NCBI GenBank assembly: GCA_038235795.1
Contig: JBBSTP010000001.1
Location: 1-44,730, forward strand
Source: Lysobacterales bacterium
GTDB lineage: Bacteria > Pseudomonadota > Gammaproteobacteria > Xanthomonadales > Xanthomonadaceae
Length of the DNA: 44,730 nucleotides
Direction of reading: 5' to 3'
Shown here piece after piece: positions 36,044-44,730 of this stretch; within the stretch, counting starts at the first letter, position 1; each line of letters begins with the position of its first letter. Position numbers and translations under genes: made by a program. The notes under the pieces were generated by a model. That model searched no databases. It was not told the DNA's origin and saw nothing but the letters and a program-made list of their open reading frames with translations.

Positions 36044-36532
36044 ATGAAAAACGCACTTATCGTTATCGATATTCAGAATGATTACTTTCCTGGTGGCGCA
36101 TTCACACTGGAAAATGCCGGCGAGGCTTGCAAAGGTGCAGTGGAGGCCATTGAAAAAGCGAAGCGCGATGGGTGGCTGGTGGTAGGGGTGCAGCACGTCA
36201 ATTCTTCAGATGCTCTCGCTTTCAAGCCCGACACCGAAGGCGTGAAAACCCACAGCGCCATTGCTGCCGCGTTAGGTGATGCGCCCATCGTTATAAAAAG
36301 CGAAGCCGACAGTTTCTTCAAAACAAATTTGGAGCAAATCGTGCACGATGCAGGCATCACCGACATCTATCTCACCGGCATGATGACTCAGCACTGCGTC
36401 ACCCATACTGCCCTGTCTCCGCAAGCGAGCGGCATGAACGTCCACATCATTGCCAAAGGCTGTGCCGCACCCGCCAAAGCCTTGAGTGACTTGGCCCTGC
36501 AAGGTCTGAGCGCTCGATGCGACGTGGTGTAG
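36044..36532 (+). CDS. Isochorismatase-family cysteine hydrolase
   Basis: ALIVIDIQNDYF, IK..ADSF, GMMTQHCV (Asp-Lys-Cys triad). Confidence 0.9.
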   Translation: MKNALIVIDIQNDYFPGGAFTLENAGEACKGAVEAIEKAKRDGWLVVGVQHVNSSDALAFKPDTEGVKTHSAIAAALGDAPIVIKSEADSFFKTNLEQIVHDAGITDIYLTGMMTQHCVTHTALSPQASGMNVHIIAKGCAAPAKALSDLALQGLSARCDVV

Positions 36533-36562
36533 AACCTTATACAAAGCGGGAAGTCTCTTCGT

Positions 36563-36612
36563 ATTCATTCCAGCCGACCGCTTTGAGCGACGGCTGAATT
36601 TGGTCGTTAGAC
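36563..36612 (+). other. Degenerate integron attC-like site
   Basis: ATTCATTCCAGCCGACCGCTTTGAGCGACGGCTGAATTTGGTCGTTAGAC: hairpin with extrahelical base ending in GTTAGAC (GTTRRRY); the RYYYAAC box is missing. Confidence 0.5.
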
Positions 36613-36775
36613 GTTCCAATTATCATCACCTTACGAGTCACCATAAAGATGAGCGTAGAGCAACAAATCGAGGCAGCAGCGAAGATGCTGCTGGCGGTCT
36701 TTGCCCACGAAATCGCAGCGCTTGCGCCACTTCTAAAACTGGAGTGAGGCGGCTTTTGCTCAGCTGCCATACGGC

Positions 36776-37360
36776 TCAGAACGAGAAAAGACCGAGGACG
36801 TTCTTGTCCGCTTTCATCTCCATATTGCCTCCCAGAGATTCCAGGGTGATCTGCTGCCCCATCGTTTGATTCGTACGCTGGTAAAAATCCAGTGAGTGGG
36901 CTGCTTCTCGCACCTCCCCACGGTGGCCGAACAGTTTTTCAGGACCGAGCCAATGCTGCCCTTTGGCAATTGTGACCCGGTACCGACCAAGCGGCATCAA
37001 CGTCACCGATGTCTCGCCAGCACGTACCGGTATCAGTGCAACCGGGCTGCCACTGCCCCAGTCGTCGAGCCGCACAGCGAAGTTTTTCCCGCTCTTCTGA
37101 GGCGCATACATGGTGAGCGTTGCAATCGCAGGCTGTCTGCTCGCGCTATACCAGAGGACCTCGCCTGTGGGCGGAAACGGCGTTGCCTCATGCCGATCGA
37201 GCATCCGGGTCGACACAGAAAAGATTGCCAACAGTGCCGCAACCCAAAACGCTGCGACCCGTGCAGTAGCCAAACGACCATGCACATGCTGAGTGATCGC
37301 CCTGCGCCGTCCCCGGAATGCGCGCGGCTCATACATGTAGTCGCGATCGGAAAGGCCCAT
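36776..37360 (-). CDS. Hypothetical membrane-anchored protein
   Basis: 194 aa, MGLSDRDYM start, one TM segment, beta-rich C-terminus. Confidence 0.65.
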   Translation of the reverse strand: MGLSDRDYMYEPRAFRGRRRAITQHVHGRLATARVAAFWVAALLAIFSVSTRMLDRHEATPFPPTGEVLWYSASRQPAIATLTMYAPQKSGKNFAVRLDDWGSGSPVALIPVRAGETSVTLMPLGRYRVTIAKGQHWLGPEKLFGHRGEVREAAHSLDFYQRTNQTMGQQITLESLGGNMEMKADKNVLGLFSF

Positions 37361-37449
37361 GCCTGGCAGTCTATTGAAGGGCGGCCAGACGGCACGCCAC
37401 GGATTTCACGCCCGCAGCAACTGCACAAGCACTCATCAACTCTGTGCTA

Positions 37450-37469
37450 TTGATAACATATTTTATCGA
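37450..37469. other. Imperfect palindrome with 6-bp spacer; candidate res site for the downstream tyrosine recombinase
   Basis: TTGATAA-catatt-TTATCGA, same GATAA-N6-TTATC core as 3325-3350, located just upstream of the TA/recombinase genes. Confidence 0.4.
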
Positions 37470-37500
37470 GAATGAGCGTCAACCCGGCGCCAGCACCCCC

Positions 37501-37551
37501 TTGACACCCTCCAGGCCCACCTGCTACAAACCAGCCAGTCAACCAGCTAGC
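37501..37551 (+). promoter_or_regulatory. Sigma70-like promoter and tandem operator of the phd-vapC operon
   Basis: TTGACA (37501-06), 18-nt spacer, TGcTACAAA extended -10; repeats AACCAGCCAG/AACCAGCTAG overlap the start region. Confidence 0.5.
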
Positions 37552-37571
37552 TGTACAGGAGAAGTCTCACC

Positions 37572-37814
37572 ATGCGAGAAGTCGGCGCCTTCGAAGCCAA
37601 GAACAAACTCAGCACCCTGCTGGACTGGGTCTCGGACGGCGAAGAAGTCGTCATCACCCGCCGCGGCAAAGCTGTTGCTCGGCTCGTGCCTGCCGTGCCC
37701 GGCTTTGACCGCGACAAAGCCAAGGCGGCTGCCGACCGCATCCGCACGCGTGCCGTCGGTGTCTCCCTCGGCGGCCTCCAGATCAAAGACCTGATCAACG
37801 AAGGCCGTCCGTGA
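37572..37814 (+). CDS. Phd/YefM-family antitoxin
   Basis: VGAFEAKNKLSTLLD.V..GEEVVITRRGKAVARLVP. Confidence 0.92.
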   Translation: MREVGAFEAKNKLSTLLDWVSDGEEVVITRRGKAVARLVPAVPGFDRDKAKAAADRIRTRAVGVSLGGLQIKDLINEGRP

Positions 37815-38233
37815 CGGTGGTCATCGACAGCTCGCTCACGCTCACCTGGTTCTTCGAAGACGAGCGCACGGATGCCACGCTGGCATTGCTCGACCGCGTT
37901 CAGCAGTCCGGTGCGGTCGTGCCGTCACTCTGGCGGCTCGAAGTCGCCAATGCGTTGCAGATGGGCATTCGCCGCGGACGCATCGATGTCGCGTATCGCG
38001 ATGCATCGCTGCTGGACTTGTCGGCGCTGGACATCACCGTCGATGCAGACGGGGCCGACTTCGCCTGGTCAACGACCTTGCGGCTGGCCGATCGCTTTAA
38101 GCTGACCTTGTATGACGCGGTCTACCTGGAGCTGGCGCAGCGGTTGGGGCTGCCACTGGCGACACTGGACCGGGCGCTGCGCGTTGCAGCAGCCGGTGTG
38201 GATGTGGTTCTGCTGGGCCAAGCGTCCGACTGA
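37811..38233 (+). CDS. vapC: VapC PIN-domain toxin
   Basis: VIDSS, VPSLWRLEVANAL, LTLYDAVYLELA, LATLD; GTGA overlap with the antitoxin. Confidence 0.92.
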   Translation: MTVVIDSSLTLTWFFEDERTDATLALLDRVQQSGAVVPSLWRLEVANALQMGIRRGRIDVAYRDASLLDLSALDITVDADGADFAWSTTLRLADRFKLTLYDAVYLELAQRLGLPLATLDRALRVAAAGVDVVLLGQASD

Positions 38234-38282
38234 GCGTTGGGCACAACGGAGCGGCCAAAGCAACTTGACGAAGGCCACACCC

Positions 38283-38552
38283 ATGACCCTCTTGACCACC
38301 ATCTCCAGTCGCGCCTTCCACCAAGATATCGGCCGTGCCAAACGCGCTGCGGAAGCCGGTCCGGTCGTCATCACCGACCGCGGTCGCCCGGCCTTTGTGC
38401 TGCTGCGCTACGAGGCCTACCGGCAACTCGCTGGCAAGCGCCCCGGCATCCGGCAGCTGCTGGACCAGCCGGGCGTGGAAGCCATCAACTTTCATCCGCC
38501 TCGGCTGGGCGCTGCGCTCATCAATCCGTGGGAGGTGCCCGATGCAGGATGA
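38283..38552 (+). CDS. Second Phd-family antitoxin with no adjacent downstream toxin
   Basis: TTISSRAFHQDIGRAKRAAEAGPVVITDRGRPAFVLL.YE.Y (plasmid-stability Phd type). Confidence 0.85.
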   Translation: MTLLTTISSRAFHQDIGRAKRAAEAGPVVITDRGRPAFVLLRYEAYRQLAGKRPGIRQLLDQPGVEAINFHPPRLGAALINPWEVPDAG

Positions 38553-38622
38553 GGAAAAGCCGCTGAGTCGCGCTATTGCGTCCACCCAGGATGCCGCACG
38601 CCACTGACAATAAGGAGATGTC

Positions 38623-39579
38623 ATGTCCGATGGACTTGTCGCACTGGCCTCGGGTCGGCTGCTGACTGCTGCCGCCTTCCAGCAGCTGGCCGATGTGCCT
38701 CCCGAGCTTGAGTGGTTTGCCAACCTGGGCAGCAAAGCCACCCGTCGCGCTTACGAGAACGCCCTGGCCGATTTCATGCGCTTCACCGGCATCGTGCGAC
38801 CGGAGGAGTTCCGCACCGTGACCCGCGCCCATGTGATTGCCTGGCGCGATGAACTGGCAGGTCGTGCTTTAAGTGGCATGACGGTTCGGCACCGCCTGGC
38901 GGCCCTGTCATCGCTGTTTGAGTACCTGTGCGAGCGCAATGCCGTGACGCACAACCCGGTGAAGGGCGTAAAGCGTCCGGCTGTGGAAAGCTACGAAGGC
39001 AAGACGCCGGCCCTTGGCGATCACCAGGCGCGGGCTCTCCTCGACGCGCCGGAAGGCGACAGGGTGAAGGCCAAGCGCGACCGGGCGATGCTGGCCACCC
39101 TGCTCTATCACGCGCTGCGGCGAGAAGAGCTGTGCAAGCTGAAGGTCAAGGACTTCAAGCAGGAGCGGCGCGGTGTGGCGCACATGAAGATCTCGGGCAA
39201 GGGCGGCAAGACGCGCTACGTGCCGCTGCACCCGGCCGCGGGTGGGCTGATCGTGGACTACCTTGAAGCGGCCGGGCATGGTGCGGAGGATTCCGGTGCC
39301 CTCTTCCGGTCACTGCACCGGGGCCGCATCGAAGGCTGGCCAAAGCCGATGACGCCGGATGCGGTCTACAAGATCGTGCGGGGCTACTCAGGCGCTCTTG
39401 GCTTCGAGGTGGGCGCGCACAGCCTGCGGGCGACAGCGGCGACGAATGCGCTGGATCACCAAGCCGACATCGCCAAGGTGCAGGAGTGGCTGGGGCACGC
39501 GAACATTGCGACGACCCGGATCTACGACCACAGGAAAACCCGGCCGGAGGACAGCCCGACGTTCAAGGTGGCGTATTGA
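38623..39579 (+). CDS. Tyrosine recombinase (plasmid/transposon resolvase type, with SAM-like N-terminal domain)
   Basis: RDRAML..LLYHALRREE, GKGGKTR, HSLRATA, LGHANIATTRIYD (R-K-H-R-H-Y); AAGGAG RBS. Confidence 0.93.
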   Translation: MSDGLVALASGRLLTAAAFQQLADVPPELEWFANLGSKATRRAYENALADFMRFTGIVRPEEFRTVTRAHVIAWRDELAGRALSGMTVRHRLAALSSLFEYLCERNAVTHNPVKGVKRPAVESYEGKTPALGDHQARALLDAPEGDRVKAKRDRAMLATLLYHALRREELCKLKVKDFKQERRGVAHMKISGKGGKTRYVPLHPAAGGLIVDYLEAAGHGAEDSGALFRSLHRGRIEGWPKPMTPDAVYKIVRGYSGALGFEVGAHSLRATAATNALDHQADIAKVQEWLGHANIATTRIYDHRKTRPEDSPTFKVAY

Positions 39580-39851
39580 GAGACAGGTATCGGCCAGAAG
39601 CCGTCGTTCGACATCGCGAGCTGAATGCCAGCAATAGACTGGCTACAGCCGCTCAGGTTCGGCTCTCGAATGACCGCAGCTGCCGATACTTGACTTTGAC
39701 ATTTGCGTAGGCGACCGCCCGCTGCGCCCTTGGAAGCTGTCCTTCGATGGCGGTCGGGTGGATGGGCGTTCAACGGCCGGTGGTTGGGCCCGTCCAACGA
39801 CTGCTTCCGCCGGCAGTGAACTGCAACTCCGACCCAAACCCGACGTTCACT

Positions 39852-40991
39852 TCAGCGCAGGTGAGACTTGAAGAAATCCACCATCTCTTGCGAATACTCG
39901 CCGGCTTGGGCGCCTTCACTGCCAATCGTCACACCCTTGTGCAGAAAGCCGCCCTTGATCGAGTAATCCAGCAGCCCCTGGCTCGTCACCGTGGGGTCGA
40001 CCTTGCCCGTGCGCAGGTTGTAGTAGGTGCCTGCGTCATCCATGTACACCGTGGGGAAGATCGTCGACGTAATGGCGCCAGCGATGGTGGTCGGCGGCAC
40101 TCCAGCGCGATCAAACGCGTGCCGCGCCCCCGGAAACAGCATCATCAACACGTCCTGGCCTGCCACCTGCATCGCGTGCGTCGCGTCCTGGCACTGCAGG
40201 AACGATACCCAGTCGTCCTTGTCGCCCGACAGCACAAGCAAGGCCGTGCCTTTGCCGAGTCGCGCCGAGTGGAACTGAGTGCCGCACCAGGGATATCCCG
40301 CGACGACAGCGCGCAAGCCATTGTCAGCACCAAGCACGGAGTCCGACAGTGGCGCGGCTACAGCCATCATCACGGCGGTGCCGCCGCGGCTGCCGCCGGT
40401 CGCGCCGATCCGCGTGCCGTCGATGTCGCTGCGGGCGCGCAGCCAATTGACCGACGCCAGCACATCGTAGACGCTCGTCGCCCAACTGATTTGTCCGTAT
40501 TGATCGACCATCGTGTTGTCGATGCTGCGCGCAAAGAACGGATCGATCAGGAGTACTGCGATACCAGCGGAGGTCAGCGCCGATGCGTGCGCCATATGGT
40601 GCGGCCCAAGATTGCCGCTTCCGGGGTTTTCGATGACGGCCGCGACGGGGCCAGAAGCGCTGGCAGGCAGGAAGAGTTGCCCGGTGATGTCGACCGCTTT
40701 GCCTAACTCGCCCTTGAGCAGCGGTGCGTAGTCGACCGGGTTGTTCGTCGGGATCGCCACAGGCAGCCCCTTGATGCCGTTCGACAGCATGAAGGGTTCC
40801 TTGGCGAACTGAGCGGAGTCGATTTTGGGCAGTGCTGGTGCTGGTGCTGGTGCTGGTGCTGGTGCTGGTGCTGGTGCAGGTGCAGGTGCAGCCTTTGGCG
40901 CCGCTACGGCCTGAGCCGCAGCAAACGGTGCGCAGCACATACCGACGATTCCCAAGCCAAGACTCAAGATGGAACGCGTTATTGATGTCAT
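39852..40991 (-). CDS. Exported dienelactone-hydrolase-family alpha/beta hydrolase
   Basis: Signal peptide, Pro-Ala linker, GGSRGG (Ser), GDKDDW (Asp), ARHAFD (His). Confidence 0.82.
   Translation of the reverse strand: MTSITRSILSLGLGIVGMCCAPFAAAQAVAAPKAAPAPAPAPAPAPAPAPAPALPKIDSAQFAKEPFMLSNGIKGLPVAIPTNNPVDYAPLLKGELGKAVDITGQLFLPASASGPVAAVIENPGSGNLGPHHMAHASALTSAGIAVLLIDPFFARSIDNTMVDQYGQISWATSVYDVLASVNWLRARSDIDGTRIGATGGSRGGTAVMMAVAAPLSDSVLGADNGLRAVVAGYPWCGTQFHSARLGKGTALLVLSGDKDDWVSFLQCQDATHAMQVAGQDVLMMLFPGARHAFDRAGVPPTTIAGAITSTIFPTVYMDDAGTYYNLRTGKVDPTVTSQGLLDYSIKGGFLHKGVTIGSEGAQAGEYSQEMVDFFKSHLR
40833..40890. repeat. 6-bp tandem repeat encoding a (Pro-Ala)n linker
   Basis: (TGCTGG)7(TGCAGG)2TGCA. 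Confidence 0.95.
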
Positions 40992-41029
40992 GAAAGTTCC
41001 TTCTAAATTAAACAGAGTGCGGACCGCTC

Positions 41030-41977
41030 TCAGCTTGGCGCACCATTAAGTGCCAACGCTCGAGCCAGAAATGCCGCCATCGCCTCCTCGACGGTCGTGA
41101 CGCCATCACGGTCGTGCAGTGCAACGGCTTCGGCGCCGTAGAAATGACCCGCATCCGGTACCACCACCTGCTCGCAGTACAGGCCTGATGTCCTTAGGTG
41201 GTCGACCAGCCCCGGAGTGGCCTCGACGATGTACTCCAAGTCGTTTTGCGCACTCATCACGAGCACTGCCGGGCGGTCGTGTTGTTGCGTGACGTGACGC
41301 TGCAGATCCTCGTGATGCATATAGCCGGACAGCGACACGACTGCGGCAACCGGCACTTTTTCGCCAAATGCAACGTTCAATGCAGTGCGGGCGCCAGCTG
41401 AGAACCCGCCCACGGCGACCCGATCCGGATCGATCCCCCACGTCGATGCACGATCAAGCAGGTAGCACGTCGCTGCCGCCATGTCGTCGCTTGCCGCCTC
41501 AATCCCGCACCACAGCATGTGCGACGTAGCGGGCGGAAGCTGCATCAGCCGGCGCACTACATCAACCCTTGAGGTCGGGATGTTTTCGGGCGACTGGACG
41601 ACTGGCGTGCGGCCGGGGTCCGGGTCTTCAGTGACCAGTCGATAGTCGACGGCGCAGGCCAGGTAGCCCCGTCGGGCAAAGCGCCGACAGTAATCTGCGA
41701 CCGACGTATTGACGCCCTCGGCTTCGAACGAGTCGTTCTCCTTGGAGCCGCGGTGGAACGCGCCGCCAAAAGCCAGAACCAGCACTGGCAACAGTGCATC
41801 AGCGTCTCGCAACCGCGGACGGTAAAGGTCGAGCTTCAGTTCCCTGTTGACGGCACCTTGCGGGTCGCTGCATCGGACGAGACCGCTGCCGTAGACCAAG
41901 TCGCGAATGACCTCCACGTCGTGGTCAGCGGAACCTACTTCGATAGATTGATCGCCGGCGTACATGCCACGTTCCAT
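41030..41977 (-). CDS. Alpha/beta hydrolase (carboxylesterase-like)
   Basis: LKLDLYRP, FGGAF, VDYRL, GIDPDRVAVGGFSAGA, ND, GH; ATG overlaps the tctC stop (TGATG). Confidence 0.85.
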   Translation of the reverse strand: MERGMYAGDQSIEVGSADHDVEVIRDLVYGSGLVRCSDPQGAVNRELKLDLYRPRLRDADALLPVLVLAFGGAFHRGSKENDSFEAEGVNTSVADYCRRFARRGYLACAVDYRLVTEDPDPGRTPVVQSPENIPTSRVDVVRRLMQLPPATSHMLWCGIEAASDDMAAATCYLLDRASTWGIDPDRVAVGGFSAGARTALNVAFGEKVPVAAVVSLSGYMHHEDLQRHVTQQHDRPAVLVMSAQNDLEYIVEATPGLVDHLRTSGLYCEQVVVPDAGHFYGAEAVALHDRDGVTTVEEAMAAFLARALALNGAPS

Positions 41978-42945
41978 CAATCGACCGACGCGCCGGACTC
42001 GCGCGCGGCCTGCCCCCAGACTTGCACGTTCTTCTTGAACGCTTCGCTCCATTGCGCTGCCGTAAGCGCTGGCTCGATCGGTATCGACCCACCATCCAGA
42101 ATCAGCTTGCGCATGTCGGTCCTGGCCATCACCTTGTTCAGGGCCGCGTTGAGCTTGCCGACGACCACTGGCTCCATCCCCGCTGGGCCGAACACGGCAT
42201 ACCAGCCCACCGTGTCGAACGGCACGCCCGCCTCGCTGAGCGTGGGCACGTCCGGCAGCGCGGGGGTGCGCTTCGGCCCCGTGATCGCCAGCGGCTTCAG
42301 GCGTCCTGCCTTGATCAGCGGCGTCATCGATACAACGTCCATGATCGCCAGCTGGATGCGGCCGGAGAGAAGATCGGGAAGCGCGGCTTGTCCGCCTTTG
42401 TAGGGCACGTGCGTCATTTGCATGCCGGTCAGCTTTTTCATTTGCTCGCCAACCAGATGCGGCGGCGCCCCGGTGCCGAATGTTCCGTAGCTGATCGCAT
42501 CGCCGTCCTTTCGGCCGGCGGCGATCAGGTCCGCGATGCTGTTGATCGGCGAATCCGCCCTAGTCACCACCAAGAGCGGCACGATCGCCAGCTCCGCGAT
42601 CGACGTGAAGTCGCTGACTGGATCGAAACCCAGCGACTTGAACACAGCCGGTGCGATCGCAAACGGCGCAGCTGTGAGCATCAACGTGTAGCCATCCGGC
42701 GCCGATCGCGCGACGCTGTCGGCGCCGATGTTGCCGCTGGCGCCTGCCTTGTTGTCGACCACCACCACTTGCCCCAATTCTTCGCGTAGATGCTCTGCCA
42801 ACTTGCGCGCGACGATGTCCGTGCCTCCGCCAGCGGGAAATGGCACCACGAGCTTGATCAGCCGGTCTGGATAGCTTTGACCGTGGGCGATGCCGAAAGC
42901 CAAAGAAAGAGCGGCCGCGAAAAGGCTTCGCTTACTGAGCTTCAT
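41977..42945 (-). CDS. Bug/TctC substrate-binding protein
   Basis: YPDRLIKLVVPFPAGGGTD, DNKAGASG, HVPYKGG. Confidence 0.92.
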   Translation of the reverse strand: MKLSKRSLFAAALSLAFGIAHGQSYPDRLIKLVVPFPAGGGTDIVARKLAEHLREELGQVVVVDNKAGASGNIGADSVARSAPDGYTLMLTAAPFAIAPAVFKSLGFDPVSDFTSIAELAIVPLLVVTRADSPINSIADLIAAGRKDGDAISYGTFGTGAPPHLVGEQMKKLTGMQMTHVPYKGGQAALPDLLSGRIQLAIMDVVSMTPLIKAGRLKPLAITGPKRTPALPDVPTLSEAGVPFDTVGWYAVFGPAGMEPVVVGKLNAALNKVMARTDMRKLILDGGSIPIEPALTAAQWSEAFKKNVQVWGQAARESGASVD

Positions 42946-43035
42946 AGTTGCGTCTCCGGGCATTGCTGAAGAATGGAAGAACCCGATCTTGGATCCGGAT
43001 TGCATAATGATCCAGCACCAATAACTTCTCAATCC

Positions 43036-43050
43036 ATAGCAATCACTTAT
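43036..43050. promoter_or_regulatory. LysR-type T-N11-A box overlapping the regulator start
   Basis: ATAGC-AATCA-CTTAT in the divergent intergenic region. Confidence 0.4.
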
Positions 43051-44008
43051 GCCAAGCGATGCTGATCAGCTGGCATTGCATCTGCGGCGACTGCGATTGC
43101 GGCACTTCGAAATCCTGCTGGCGATCGACCGACACGGCAGCCTGACCGCCACGGCCGAAGCACTCGGCATCAGCCAGCCGGCGGTGTCGCAATCGCTTGC
43201 CGAAATCGAGGAGGCGTTGGGAGTGCAACTGTTTCTGCGCGGCCGGCAGATCAAGCCAAGTCCCAGCCATTCCGCGGTGCTGCGTCATGCGCGGCGCATG
43301 GTGGCTGATTCGTTCCAACTGCAGGCCGAGCTTCGCGCGGTCACAGCCGGCGCGCTCGGAAGCGTGCGCATCGGAACCATGTTGGTAGCAAGCGCTGGCG
43401 TATTGCCACGGGCGCTGCTAAAGATTGGTGCGCAGCCGCAAGCGGTGCAGATCGACGTGGTCGAAGATACCGCGGCGGGCTTGTGGGCGCGCATGGATCG
43501 GCATGAGCTGGACCTCATCGTCGGCCGTCTCGACGAGCGTGCGTTTGCCCCTCAGGTGCGCTGCGAGGCGTTGTTCAACGATTTGCATTGCGTGGTGGCT
43601 GGACGTGAGCACCCATTGTCACGAGCATCCAAGATCGCGTGGCAAAAGGCTGCCAGCTATCCCTGGATTCTTCCGCCGGCAAATACAGCGCTGCGCCGGG
43701 CCATCGACTCGACGTTTCTGGAGCACGGGCTGGCGCCGCCATCGCCGCGGGTTGAATCGACATCCAGCACGCTGATTCAAGAACTCATGCGTCATACGGA
43801 CTGCCTTGCGGTTGTCTCGGGCACGGCTGCACGTCATTTTGAAAGCCTGGGACTGCTCGCGGTCCTGCCACTTGGACTCAAGTACGACATCGGGCCAGTT
43901 GGAATGATCTGGGACACGCCAGATCCAGGTCCGGCGCTCGCGCGGGTTATGCAGGCGTTGCGGGAAGCAGTGGCGCCCGATGAAACTGGACTGCGAACCC
44001 CGGCGTAG
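43049..44008 (+). CDS. LysR-family regulator (PcaQ/GbpR-like)
   Basis: RLRLRHFEIL..GSLTATAEALGISQPAVSQSLAEIE; LDLIVGRL; YPWILPP. Confidence 0.9.
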   Translation: MPSDADQLALHLRRLRLRHFEILLAIDRHGSLTATAEALGISQPAVSQSLAEIEEALGVQLFLRGRQIKPSPSHSAVLRHARRMVADSFQLQAELRAVTAGALGSVRIGTMLVASAGVLPRALLKIGAQPQAVQIDVVEDTAAGLWARMDRHELDLIVGRLDERAFAPQVRCEALFNDLHCVVAGREHPLSRASKIAWQKAASYPWILPPANTALRRAIDSTFLEHGLAPPSPRVESTSSTLIQELMRHTDCLAVVSGTAARHFESLGLLAVLPLGLKYDIGPVGMIWDTPDPGPALARVMQALREAVAPDETGLRTPA

Positions 44009-44730
44009 CTTTGACTGGGCAACAGCGCAATTTGAATCGAAAGGCGCAAACGGCGCTTGCTGCGGCCGCAGTGGCGGGATCCTATGAGCCTGGATCGGGA
44101 AGCTCCAGTGCAGTCGTTGGGAGTGGGCTGCAACTGGCCTGGACGGAAGTTCGAGGCCGAGCCCGGCAGCAGTCTTTCGGCCGCGATCGTTGGGTTGGTC
44201 AACGGCTGCTGTCGGCGACCCGCGCGATCGACGCCTTGCTCGGCGCCGGGATCTATCCCCTGATCGGCGGCGAACAGGAGCGCTCGATGGGCGACGCTTT
44301 GACCGCGGCGCGGCCGGGCTCTGCGTCCACCAAGGTGTCGTAGACGCCGCGAGCCCGCGGGTGCGGGTTCCGCCCCTCTGAGACCAGCGGCGCGAGCCGC
44401 CGTCGCATTCGGCCGAGTTCGATCGTTGGCGCGATTGAATAAACCACTGCTCTTCCGAGCAAACTGAACGACGCGATTTTTGGGTCATCCCTTGCTGGTG
44501 CATAGCCGCTGCGCAAAGAGGTGAGTTGGGTTTGTCTTTTGTGCCCCGTGCGACACTCGTTTGGCTCCGTACCGAGAGAGTCCAGCGCATGAAACCGTCC
44601 TGTCTGTTTGCTTCACTCGTCTTGTTCATCCCGTTGCAGTTGTTGGCGGGGCCGTGCCGGGGGCCCGCCGGCCGCCCGCCCCGCACCCCCCCGGGCCAGA
44701 AACCCGCCGCCGAAGTGGGGGTGCACGCCC

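Noticed and set aside
38623-39579. Integron integrase (given the attC-like site)
   Set aside because: Lacks the IntI-specific insertion and motifs; resembles plasmid/transposon tyrosine resolvases.
40833-40890. CRISPR or phase-variation repeat
   Set aside because: No spacers, and a 6-bp unit keeps the reading frame.
44011-44730. Short ORFs and a GC-rich tail as a gene or replication origin
   Set aside because: No recognisable protein motif, iterons or AT-rich unwinding element visible; cannot be supported.

Overview
High-GC, betaproteobacterial-looking (three Bug/TctC receptors, GcvA-type LysRs) accessory DNA, most likely a plasmid or genomic island. The left end is an IncQ/MOBQ-type mobilisation unit (mobC, oriT with nic core, mobA), followed by IS debris and an IS6 element. 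The centre (about 5.0-28.6 kb) is a metabolic patchwork bracketed by a 258-bp diverged direct repeat. It contains a LysR/TctC/FAD-FeS 2-hydroxyacid dehydrogenase/GabD/MFS module and then a tightly coupled six-gene operon: ThDP enzyme, Zn-alcohol dehydrogenase, PhaE, class III PhaC, PhaZc-like hydrolase and CoA-transferase, with no phaA/phaB. My best hypothesis is that this operon is a natural 2-oxoglutarate -> succinic semialdehyde -> 4-hydroxybutyrate -> 4HB-CoA -> PHA route, which I otherwise know mainly as an engineered pathway; this is inferred, not demonstrated. A second 2-hydroxyacid module, a B3-like MBL, a TauD-family gene and several gene remnants follow. The right part holds OsmC/ECH/LysR/BisC-like genes, a GlxA/MBL/cysteine-hydrolase unit, a degenerate attC-like site, a Phd-VapC pair plus an orphan antitoxin, a tyrosine recombinase, and a LysR/TctC/two-esterase module. 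Non-coding signals include two GATAA-N6-TTATC palindromes and a degenerate ~18-bp motif that recurs at module ends. No rRNA, tRNA or CRISPR array was seen. Family assignments come from motif recognition and recall, not from database searches.
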